Below, one piece after another: positions 10,527-19,181 of a DNA stretch of 64,000 nt (positions are counted from its first letter, which is position 1; each line of letters begins with the position of its first letter). Below the pieces are notes generated by a model. That model was given only the letters and a program-made list of their open reading frames with translations. It had not been told where the DNA came from and did not search any database. Source of the stretch: an uncultured Syntrophomonadaceae bacterium (GTDB lineage: Bacteria > Bacillota > Dethiobacteria > DTU022); the NCBI GenBank assembly GCA_964389365.1, contig CAYMDO010000009.1, forward strand, positions 3,576-67,575, read 5' to 3'. The position numbers and the translations under genes are program-made.

Positions 10527-13338
10527 ACTGCACTACCTCTTTTCCTTTCAGCGCCTTCAGGATTTTATCTTTCGTAGCCGGAAGCTCGCTGATCCAAACC
10601 CCGACTGCGTCATGGATGGCATTGATAATTGCCGGGGCGGTCGGGTTAAGCGGCAGTTCGCCCATGCCCTTGGCTCCGTACGGACCCTCCGCTGCTTCTT
10701 CAACCAATATGATATCCATATCCGGCACATCAGTTATTTTCGGCAGCCGTAGCTTTTTAAAGCTGTCGGTTACCGGAAAACCGTTTTCCAGGATAAACTC
10801 TTCGCTCAGACCGTAACCGAGGCCCATCGCTACTGCGCCTTCGATCTGGCAGCGGCAGTTCTGCGGATGGATCGCTCTGCCCAAATCCTGGGCTGCAATA
10901 ATTTTCAATACTTTTACTGTGCCCTCCTGCTGATCGACTTCGACCACCGCCGCCTGGACCGCGTAACAGTAGGCAAAATGCACATTATACTGCTCAAGTG
11001 CGATACCGTCTTCATGATCGGCCCTTTCCCGCAGAGGGTAAGTTAGAGGGGCGGTATAGAGATATGACCCGCTGAGGGTGAGCCCCAGCTGTGCAGCAGC
11101 CGCGGCAATTTCCCTGAACGGGATAAACCTGTTGTTTCCATTCCCGGTTACAGCGCTCACTCCACCGCTCTGCGGCCTGTATTGCCCTCCCCTGACCTTA
11201 AAACCCTGAAGCAGGCAGCGTTCAAAAACTGCCATAAACTCCCGGGCCGCTCCCATAACAGCGTACCCGGAAATATAGGTCTGACGCGAGGCGGTAGTAA
11301 CTCCCCCTGCCGGCGTCAGCCCGGTATCGTTTGAAACAACAATAAAATCCTCATAAATAAGACCTGTTTCGCCAGCTGCCACCTGGGCCAGCAGAGTATC
11401 AGAACCCTGCCCCATATCGGCAGCGCCAACTTTAAGCAAAAGCTTACCCTGACGATCTATCTCGATGGCCGCAGCGGCCTGGTCAACCTTACCGGCCCCG
11501 AGGCCGACATTCTTGTAGGCGCCGGCGATCCCGGCCCCGACCTTGCTGCCAGGCGCCGACTTCTTAGGCAGCTGCCTCAGGTATTCCTGCAGCGCTTTTT
11601 CGACGGCAGCAAGCGCCTGCTGGTAGCCGCAGTCAGCGGCAACCACCTGTCCGGTTATCGTTGTTTTGCCCGGGGCCAGGCCGTTGATCCTGCGCAGCTC
11701 AAATGGGTCAATCTTCAAGGCTTCTGCCAGCCTGTCCATCTGCAGCTCGGAGCCAAAAGCAACCTGTGTGGTGCCGAAGCCCCTGAAAGCCCCTGCCGGC
11801 GGGTGGTTGGTGTAAACCCCATATGAGTCGGTTTTAACATTGGGGATGTCATAAGGTCCTGCTGCTGTTATTCCGGCACGGAAGACCACCGGTTTGCTGA
11901 GCGACTCGTAAGCCCCTGCATCCAGCATGACCCTGGCCTCAATGGCCGTGATCCTGCCATCTATGGTTGCCCCGTGTTTATAGTACATTTTCGCCGGGTG
12001 CCGTTTGGTCGATACGGCCAGCGATTCGCCGCGGGTCAAGGTCATCTTAACCGGCCGGCCGGTCAGGTAGGCGCCGAGGGCACAGTGGATCTGTACCGTC
12101 GGCTCTTCCTTGCCGCCAAATGCCCCGCCGGCAGGGGTATAAATAACCCGCACTTTGTTAACAGGCAGCTTCAGGCTTTCAGCAATCATATCGCGAAAAG
12201 CAAAGGAACCCTGACTGGCAGTCCAAACAGTAACTGCCCCGTCATCTTCCAACCGGGCCAGGGCTGATTCCGGCTCGAGGTAAGCATGTTCAACCATCGG
12301 GGTGCTGTACTCACCTTCAATGATCACATCGGCAGCGGCAAACGCTTTTTCCGTATCGCCCCTGCGTACGGATATATGCTGTACCAGGTTGCCGCCGGGG
12401 TGCAAGGCCGGCACGCTTTCGCGCATTCCAACATCCGCAGCGAAAATACCAGGCAGCTCATCATAATCGACATCAATCAACGACAGGCCGGCCTGCGCCG
12501 CTGCTTCACTTTCAGCCAGGATTAACGCCACCGCTTCGCCGCTGTACCTGACCCGGCCATCAGCAAGAACCGGCTGGTGGGGGTTAAGGAGGCCAAACCC
12601 ATTACGGCCAGGGATATCAGCAGCCGTCAGAATTCTGACCACCCCGGGTGCAGAGAGAGCTCTCTGCGGATCAATCCTCTTAATCCTGGCAGACGGGTAA
12701 CGGCTGAGCAGCAGTTTCCCGTAAATCATATTTTCGAATGTCAGATCGTCGGCATAGATAGGTTTACCGGTTACCTTGGGCAGGGCGTCTTTGCGGGGCG
12801 GGGAACTGCCAATGCCCGCTTCAAGAGCCGGTCCACCGGCTGCAGTCACGGCAACCGGAGAAGCCGCTTCACCCCTGATAATTGCAGCGGCAAGCTTTAC
12901 CGCCCTAATGATCGCTGCGTAGCCAGTACAGCGGCAATAGTTATGCCGCAAAGCTTCTTTAATCTCTGCTTCTGTCGGGCAAAGGTTCACATCAAGGAGC
13001 GCCTTGGCACTCATGATCATACCGGGGGTGCAAAACCCGCACTGCACTGCGCCTTCGCTGATGAAAGCTTCCTGCAGAGGATGCAGGCGGTCTCCAACCG
13101 TTAAATTTTCGATAGTTTCGATCTCGCTGCCGCCCAGCCTGTCTAGCTTTAAAAGGCAGGCCCGCCTAACCCGGCCATTTACGATAACCGTGCAGCTGCC
13201 GCAGTGGCCCTTATTACAGCCGTTCTTGGTTCCCATTAAACCGAGACGATCCCTTAAATATGGCAACAGGGTTAACTCACCGGAATACCCGGTTTGGTAC
13301 ATCACGCCGTTAACCCGAAAAGTGATCTTTTCAGCCAT
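10465..13338 (-). CDS. xdhD: XdhD-like fused [2Fe-2S]/molybdopterin hydroxylase (candidate selenium-dependent Mo hydroxylase)
   Basis: N-terminal 2Fe-2S motifs (CNKGHCGSC, CGFCTPG) fused to a ~800 aa MoCo domain. ATG at 13338 follows AGGTG. Confidence 0.8.
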   Translation of the reverse strand: MAEKITFRVNGVMYQTGYSGELTLLPYLRDRLGLMGTKNGCNKGHCGSCTVIVNGRVRRACLLKLDRLGGSEIETIENLTVGDRLHPLQEAFISEGAVQCGFCTPGMIMSAKALLDVNLCPTEAEIKEALRHNYCRCTGYAAIIRAVKLAAAIIRGEAASPVAVTAAGGPALEAGIGSSPPRKDALPKVTGKPIYADDLTFENMIYGKLLLSRYPSARIKRIDPQRALSAPGVVRILTAADIPGRNGFGLLNPHQPVLADGRVRYSGEAVALILAESEAAAQAGLSLIDVDYDELPGIFAADVGMRESVPALHPGGNLVQHISVRRGDTEKAFAAADVIIEGEYSTPMVEHAYLEPESALARLEDDGAVTVWTASQGSFAFRDMIAESLKLPVNKVRVIYTPAGGAFGGKEEPTVQIHCALGAYLTGRPVKMTLTRGESLAVSTKRHPAKMYYKHGATIDGRITAIEARVMLDAGAYESLSKPVVFRAGITAAGPYDIPNVKTDSYGVYTNHPPAGAFRGFGTTQVAFGSELQMDRLAEALKIDPFELRRINGLAPGKTTITGQVVAADCGYQQALAAVEKALQEYLRQLPKKSAPGSKVGAGIAGAYKNVGLGAGKVDQAAAAIEIDRQGKLLLKVGAADMGQGSDTLLAQVAAGETGLIYEDFIVVSNDTGLTPAGGVTTASRQTYISGYAVMGAAREFMAVFERCLLQGFKVRGGQYRPQSGGVSAVTGNGNNRFIPFREIAAAAAQLGLTLSGSYLYTAPLTYPLRERADHEDGIALEQYNVHFAYCYAVQAAVVEVDQQEGTVKVLKIIAAQDLGRAIHPQNCRCQIEGAVAMGLGYGLSEEFILENGFPVTDSFKKLRLPKITDVPDMDIILVEEAAEGPYGAKGMGELPLNPTAPAIINAIHDAVGVWISELPATKDKILKALKGKEVVQYDAAIGKRNCADPRSALPGY

Positions 13339-13505
13339 GAGATTCACCTATTAAAGATTATTCTAATAAAACCGGCATATTCCTGCCACAGGAATATTTT
13401 GCCCGTTCTTTCACTTTAATCACCGGGCAGGAATTCTTGTTGCAAACTCGAAATATGGTCGGTAAGCAATCCAGCCGTCGTATAAAGCGGAAGGGAGTTT
13501 TACCG

Positions 13506-15230
13506 ATGAGCGACCGGATGAGAACAATCCCTTTTGGAAAGCTGGTAAACTGGATACTTGAGGAATACCGGCGAGAAAAAACGATATTTGGCATATCGGA
13601 AAAAGCATTTTATAGGACAACTGTAGAAAAGGCGCTCTATATTCATGGCGAGAAGCTGGGCAGCCCCATCGGCCCTGCAGCTGGCCCCCATACCCAGCTG
13701 GCTCAAAACCTGGCTGCCGCCTACCTTTGCGGTGGCCGCTATTTTGAGCTGAAGACCGTACAGGTTCTTGACTGCCTCAATTTTGCCAAGCCCTGCATAA
13801 ATGCCGCTGACGAAGGTTATAACACTGAATGGTCCACCGAACTTTCGATCGAAGAAGCGCTCAGTGAATATATCAAGGGCTGGTTTCTCCTTCATCTTTT
13901 GGCCGGGGAGCTATTTGATCTGGAGCAGCGCGACTTTGTATTCAACATGAGCATCGGCTATAACCTGGAAGGGATCCGTTCGGCAAAGGTAGATCGTTTT
14001 ATCGAGGGGATGAAAAATGCCTCTTCAACAGAGACCTTTAACCAGTGCCGGGCAGTGCTGCATAAAGAAGCAGGCCGCTTTAATAAGATTTCCGGCCATT
14101 ACGTTGACAGCATCAACCCGCAAATTTGCCAATCGGTCGCCTTATCCACCATGCACGGCTGCCCGCCGTCTGAAATAGAGGCGATCAGCAAGCACCTGTT
14201 GCTTGAAAAGAGGTTGCATACTACGGTGAAGCTGAACCCTACCCTGCTGGGCTATGATTTTGTGCGCAGCACCCTGGACCGGATGGGCTACGGCTACATC
14301 AGGCTAACCGAAGAAACTTTTACAAAGGACCTGCAGTACAGCGATGCGCTGCCGCTGCTCGATCGGCTGATTTCCCTGGCCGCTGAAAGCAATCTTGAGT
14401 TTGCAGTAAAAGTGTCGAACACGCTGCCGGTCATGGTAGCCCGCGCTGAATTGCCTGGGGAACAGATGTACCTTTCCGGCAGACCGCTTTACGCTTTAAC
14501 CATCAGCCTTGCCGAGCGTTTGGCGGGTGATTTTGGAGACAAGCTGAAAATTTCTTTTTCCGGCGGTGCCGACCGGACCAATACCGCAGCCATTCTGGAA
14601 ACCGGTATTTCACCGGTAACCATGGTCACAACCCTGCTAAAACCAAGTGGTTACCGACGCTTACAGAAGCTGGCGGAAATTGCCGGACAGGTGGAAGGCA
14701 GGGGGGCTGCCGATGGAATTAACCTGGACCGTTTGAAAACAGCCGCCGCTGCCGCAGTTGATGCGCCCGCCTACCGAAAAAAAGAAACAGGTGCCGTTCA
14801 GAAACCCGCCGGGGAGCTCCCTCTCTTTGACTGCAGGGGTTCGTGCGGCATCTGCGTAGCAGTCTGCCCGAACAGGGCGAATGTAACCGTTTCTGTCCGG
14901 GGCGCTAATTTTAAATTTGAGCGCCAGATCCTGCACTTAGACGGAAGCTGCAATGAATGCGGCAACTGTGCTACCTTTTGCCCGGAAATAGGCAGGCCTT
15001 ACCTGGAAAAGCCAACTCTTTTCCGCGATCATGCTGACTTCGAAGCCAGCAGCAACAGCGGTTTTGTGATCATTGGCGACGGGTTTGGGGCTTATACCAG
15101 AGTAAGGGTTAAAGATCGTATTTTTGTTTTGCCACCCGGGCATAGTGAAAAAGAAGCCCCGGCGGTTTGCGATCCGGCTTTTATTCAGCTGCTTGGGGCC
15201 TTCCACGATAATTATTTATATTTATGCTAA
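13506..15230 (+). CDS. ygfK: YgfK-like Fe-S protein, short form lacking the central GltD-like FAD/NAD(P) oxidoreductase module
   Basis: The N-terminus matches E. coli YgfK (RTIPFGKL, GPAAGPHTQLAQN, TEWSTE, STMHGCPP, KLNPTLLGY). The C-terminus matches the YgfK ferredoxin tail (CPNRANV, CNECGNCATFCP). No GxGxxG dinucleotide-binding region is present. Confidence 0.75.
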   Translation: MSDRMRTIPFGKLVNWILEEYRREKTIFGISEKAFYRTTVEKALYIHGEKLGSPIGPAAGPHTQLAQNLAAAYLCGGRYFELKTVQVLDCLNFAKPCINAADEGYNTEWSTELSIEEALSEYIKGWFLLHLLAGELFDLEQRDFVFNMSIGYNLEGIRSAKVDRFIEGMKNASSTETFNQCRAVLHKEAGRFNKISGHYVDSINPQICQSVALSTMHGCPPSEIEAISKHLLLEKRLHTTVKLNPTLLGYDFVRSTLDRMGYGYIRLTEETFTKDLQYSDALPLLDRLISLAAESNLEFAVKVSNTLPVMVARAELPGEQMYLSGRPLYALTISLAERLAGDFGDKLKISFSGGADRTNTAAILETGISPVTMVTTLLKPSGYRRLQKLAEIAGQVEGRGAADGINLDRLKTAAAAAVDAPAYRKKETGAVQKPAGELPLFDCRGSCGICVAVCPNRANVTVSVRGANFKFERQILHLDGSCNECGNCATFCPEIGRPYLEKPTLFRDHADFEASSNSGFVIIGDGFGAYTRVRVKDRIFVLPPGHSEKEAPAVCDPAFIQLLGAFHDNYLYLC

Positions 15231-15251
15231 CCCGAATGGGTAAAATGAGAG

Positions 15252-16487
15252 GTGGCTGAAATCATGGAGCAAGCCATAAAATGGGTCGAAAAAACTGCAC
15301 GGTTGGTTCCGGGTCATCCGGAAGCAGGCACGCTCGATTTTGTAAACCAGGCTGCTGCAGGGGAGACCCGTGCCTTTATTAAAAGTTTCCCTCAATATGA
15401 GGTAACGCCCCTTAAAGCGCTGACAGAACTGGCAGCCTATCTGAATGTTGCCGGAATCTACGTCAAAGATGAATCCTTCCGATTCGGCCTTAACTCTTTT
15501 AAGGTCCTGGGAGGCGGCCACGCAGTTGGCCGTTACCTGCTCAAACGCCTCGGGAAACAGCAGAGCAGCTTTTCATACGAGGAGCTAAAATCTCCGGAAA
15601 TAAGGACAAAGCTGGGGGAGATAACTTTTACATCAGCCACCGACGGCAATCACGGCCGCGGGGTGGCCTGGGCTGCCCGGCAGCTTGGACACCGGGCAGT
15701 AATCAATATGCCGAAGGGTTCATCACCAATCCGTCTGGCCCATATAACAGCAACCGGTGCTGAAGGCTATATTACTGCTGTGAATTATGATGAAACGGTT
15801 AGGCTGACTGCAGAAAAAGCCAGGCAGGAAGGCTGGGTGGTGGTTCAGGATACCGCCTGGGAAGGGTATGAAGAGATTCCGGCCTGGGTTATGCAGGGAT
15901 ACACAGTGATGGCAGACGAAGCGCTGGAACAGCTGAACCAGTTGAGGGTCGGGCGACCGACCCATATCTTTATCCAGGCCGGGGTCGGCTCGCTGGCCGC
16001 AGCAGTACTCGGTTACTACGCCTCCCGCTTCGCAGATCAAAGGCCTGTAAATATTATAATCGAACCGGATAAAGCCGACTGCTTTTACCGCTCCGCCCTG
16101 GCCGGCGATGGAAAACCGCGGAATGTCACCGGTGACATGGATACAGTCATGGCCGGGCTGGCCTGCGGAGAACCTAACCCGAAAGCCTGGAAAATACTTA
16201 AGTATATTACCGACATCTATTTCTCGTGCCCTGACTATGTTGCAGCTACCGGCATGCGTATTTTGGGCAACCCCTTAAGCGGTGACCCGGCCGTTGTATC
16301 CGGCGAATCAGGTGCAGTAACTACAGGGTTACTATACGATCTGCTGCTGAACGATAAACTTAAGGAAGCAAGGGAAAAGCTAAAGCTGGGGCAGGATTCA
16401 AAGATCTTGCTCTTCAGCACCGAGGGAGATACCGATCCAATAATGTACCGCCGGATTGTCTGGCAAGGCGCTTACCAGCACCCCTGA
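15252..16487 (+). CDS. ygeX: diaminopropionate ammonia-lyase (PLP-dependent), YgeX
   Basis: Strong match to E. coli YgeX (TDGNHGRGVAWAA, VVQDTAWEGY, EPDKADC, GLACGEPN, STEGDTD). Confidence 0.85.
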   Translation: MAEIMEQAIKWVEKTARLVPGHPEAGTLDFVNQAAAGETRAFIKSFPQYEVTPLKALTELAAYLNVAGIYVKDESFRFGLNSFKVLGGGHAVGRYLLKRLGKQQSSFSYEELKSPEIRTKLGEITFTSATDGNHGRGVAWAARQLGHRAVINMPKGSSPIRLAHITATGAEGYITAVNYDETVRLTAEKARQEGWVVVQDTAWEGYEEIPAWVMQGYTVMADEALEQLNQLRVGRPTHIFIQAGVGSLAAAVLGYYASRFADQRPVNIIIEPDKADCFYRSALAGDGKPRNVTGDMDTVMAGLACGEPNPKAWKILKYITDIYFSCPDYVAATGMRILGNPLSGDPAVVSGESGAVTTGLLYDLLLNDKLKEAREKLKLGQDSKILLFSTEGDTDPIMYRRIVWQGAYQHP

Positions 16488-16780
16488 TTCCTCCTCTATC
16501 CGAACTGCCTGCCAACAGAAAGAACAGGGGCGACTGAAGAAACGCATCTAGGTCGGCCTGCTTTACGGTTCCGGTACCCATAAGAGCGTCTCAGTCGGCA
16601 GCGCGCTGCGGCGGCCCGGGTATTCCGGTAACGAGGAAGATCTCTGCTTACGAATTATTTCCTTAATGAGCCACAAATAATAAAGATGCTAAAGCACACA
16701 TTTTGAGTTTTAACACCATTTTTTCATTTTTATTCCTAAAGACATGTCACATCCTTACAGCACAAAAAAAATCAAAAAAA

Positions 16781-16809
16781 TTGACAAATTAAATAGAATA
16801 TTATAGAAT
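16781..16809 (+). promoter_or_regulatory. sigma-A-type promoter TTGACA-17-TAGAAT with upstream A-tracts, driving the GntR/sugar operon
   Basis: TTGACA at 16781-16786, a 17-nt spacer, then TAGAAT at 16804-16809, about 45 nt before the GntR start. Confidence 0.45.
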
Positions 16810-16852
16810 ATAGCTTGTAATGACAGGATAACATAATGAAGGGATGTATTGA

Positions 16853-17680
16853 ATGGAAAGTAAAAATAGTAGCAGATATATCGACAAGAATAGTATTATT
16901 CCTTATTATCACCAGTTAAAAGAACAACTAAAATTTTATTTTGAAGAAAATAATTTAAATGAAGGCGATCAGATTCCCTCAGAAGCTGAACTTTGTCGGT
17001 CTTATGGTGTTAGTCGGACGGTAGTACGGCAGGCAATTACTGATCTGTTTAATGAAGGTTTGCTTTTCCGTCAGAAGGGAAAGGGTACTTTTATTGCAAG
17101 ACCAAAAATTATTGGCAGTCTGATGCAGAATTTGAATGGTTTTTATAAAGATATGATGGTTAAGGAGTTTAAAACAAGATCTGAGATCCTTGACTTTTCA
17201 ATAGTTGATGCACCTAAAAAGATCGCTAACAGGCTCCAGCGTGAAGTGGGAGAGAAATTATTTAAAATAGATCGACTCCGCTATGTCAACGATGAACCAA
17301 TTGTTTGTGTTATTTCTTACATCCCCTACAGTCTTTGCCCCGAACTTATCAATGAAGACCTCGCCAATCAGTCACTCTACGCAGTCATGGAAGAAAAGTT
17401 TAACTTAAAAATTGCCTCTAGTCGCCGGTCTATAGAGGCGGTAGGGGCGACAGAGGAAATTGCTGTTCTGATGGATATAGAATACTGCGCACCGGTATTT
17501 TTGCTAAAAAGCATTAGTTATCTAGATAACGGAATGCCGGTTGAATATTATGAAGCCAGGCACCGGGGCGATCGAATCGGCTTCGAGGTCGAGATAATAA
17601 ACCAAAAAAATTCCAATCACCATGATAGTGCCGATCTGAGTTTTCAGGTAATGAACCTATCTGATCATAAGCAAGTATAG
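16853..17680 (+). CDS. GntR-family transcriptional regulator (HutC/FarR subfamily with UTRA effector domain)
   Basis: N-terminal wHTH (LPSEAELCRSYGVSRTVVRQAI) plus a C-terminal UTRA-like domain. Confidence 0.85.
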   Translation: MESKNSSRYIDKNSIIPYYHQLKEQLKFYFEENNLNEGDQIPSEAELCRSYGVSRTVVRQAITDLFNEGLLFRQKGKGTFIARPKIIGSLMQNLNGFYKDMMVKEFKTRSEILDFSIVDAPKKIANRLQREVGEKLFKIDRLRYVNDEPIVCVISYIPYSLCPELINEDLANQSLYAVMEEKFNLKIASSRRSIEAVGATEEIAVLMDIEYCAPVFLLKSISYLDNGMPVEYYEARHRGDRIGFEVEIINQKNSNHHDSADLSFQVMNLSDHKQV

Positions 17681-17802
17681 AGGAAGCAACACTTTGCTGA
17701 AATCGCGAAGGGGGTGTTTGATGAATAATTGACAGGCAGGTAAGAGTTTGGGTACAAGGAAGTTTGTTAGGCAGCAAGAATTATAAAGAGGAGGAACATG
17801 GC

Positions 17803-18972
17803 GTGAACAGAAAGTTCAATATTTTAATGCTGATTTTTGTTGTTACGATATTTGGGCTTCTCATTATTGGCTGTGCACCGGATACCCCTGCAGAACCACC
17901 GGTTGACGAAGATGAGGCGGTTTTGGAAAAAATCGTTATCGGTTGGACTCCACCTGACATAACCGGAGTTTTTAAGACGGCAACCGAATACTTCGAGCTG
18001 GCTGCTGAAGATGCCGGTAAGTATGGCATAGAAGTCGAAGTGATATCACGTTCTCCGGCTACCCATGTTGCCTTTGCAGACCAGGTAGCCATTATCGAAG
18101 ATTATATCACTATGGGTGTCGATGTAATTGCTATTTCGCCCATTGAGGTGGAAGTAGTCAAGCCGGCGCTCCAGCAGGCTAACGCGGCGGGGATCCCCAT
18201 AATTATGGTCAACCTTTTAGAGCCAATTGCTGATGTGGATATCGCCTGCTATATCGGGTTCGACAACTTTGATGGCGCAGCCATCACAGCCTATTCGATG
18301 GTAGATTACTTCGGCGGACCTGGAGTCTTAGGTGAGGGCGAAAAAGTTGATGTAACGCCCGAAACTTATCTTGACCTGGCTTGGTGGGAAAGCATTTATG
18401 CTGATGCTGATCCTGCAGCGCTGAATCTTGAGGCTCGGGGAGCGATCATCGAAGGTGTGGCCGGAGGCTTTTTCTCCGTTACCCGTGTAGAAGGCTTCCG
18501 CTCAGTAATAGACAAGTTTCCAGGTATCGTTGAAGTTATGGAGCCCATTCCAGCTGACTGGAACAGGGAAAAGGGTATCGCAGCTGCGGAGGACATTTTG
18601 GCCGCCAACCCTAAAGGAACCCTGGATTGGATCTGGGCTGCCTCTAACGAAATGGGCATGGGAGCCAGGCTTGCCTGTGAAACAGCAGGCAGGACCGAAG
18701 TAGTTGTCTTTACAAATGATGTTACACCGGAATCAGTTCTTGAGTTTATCAATAAGGATCGCATAGTCGCAGAAACTACACACGGTTTTCCCGATTGGGG
18801 ATGGTTTGGAACCAAGTATGCTGTTATGTTGGCGCTCGGTTTGGATGTGCCGCAGTTTGAAGATATTCGGCCACGTACTGCTTACAAAGACAACAGCCAT
18901 ATGTTCTACCCAGAACCAGTTTTGCCACCTATTGATTGGGAAGAAATTCTAGTAAATGCAGGAGTGAAGTAA
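17803..18972 (+). CDS. sugar ABC transporter substrate-binding lipoprotein (PBP type I / CUT2-like)
   Basis: GTG start after AAGAGGAGG. Signal peptide plus lipobox LIIGCAP. Periplasmic-binding-protein fold. Confidence 0.8.
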   Translation: MNRKFNILMLIFVVTIFGLLIIGCAPDTPAEPPVDEDEAVLEKIVIGWTPPDITGVFKTATEYFELAAEDAGKYGIEVEVISRSPATHVAFADQVAIIEDYITMGVDVIAISPIEVEVVKPALQQANAAGIPIIMVNLLEPIADVDIACYIGFDNFDGAAITAYSMVDYFGGPGVLGEGEKVDVTPETYLDLAWWESIYADADPAALNLEARGAIIEGVAGGFFSVTRVEGFRSVIDKFPGIVEVMEPIPADWNREKGIAAAEDILAANPKGTLDWIWAASNEMGMGARLACETAGRTEVVVFTNDVTPESVLEFINKDRIVAETTHGFPDWGWFGTKYAVMLALGLDVPQFEDIRPRTAYKDNSHMFYPEPVLPPIDWEEILVNAGVK

Positions 18973-18981
18973 CCAGCGGTA

Positions 18982-19008
18982 ATAGGGGGGGGGGTAATGC
19001 CCCCCCTA
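18982..19008 (+). terminator. G10/C6 hairpin (intra-operon attenuator/terminator) between the SBP and ATPase genes
   Basis: ATAGGGGGGGGGGTAATGCCCCCCTAT inverted repeat immediately after the SBP stop. Confidence 0.45.
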
Positions 19009-19181
19009 TATACTACCTGCCTCTCAGCCTTCAGCTGAGTTTAGCAGCACATTAATATATGGCTAGCGATATTAAATTTCCAAACTTAATATGGCAATTA
19101 TAGCCAACAATGATGTTGTCTGGCATTGTGGTAAAAGTAAGCAGCTAACCTTTAGTATGTTCACGTAAAGGAGAGTCGATT

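Noticed and set aside
15222-15521. Small minus-strand ORFs overlapping the ygfK 3' end and ygeX 5' end; also 13358-13620
   Set aside because: They lie antisense to strongly supported genes or within the divergent promoter, lack RBSs, and show no conserved features.
16640-16665. Possible att-like direct repeat of the tRNA-Arg 3' end (GCGGCGGCCCGGGTATTCC versus GTGCGCCCGGCAGGATTTG) at the left island boundary
   Set aside because: Similarity is only about 14 of 21 positions with gaps and could arise by chance in GC-rich sequence. It is not sufficient to define integration junctions.
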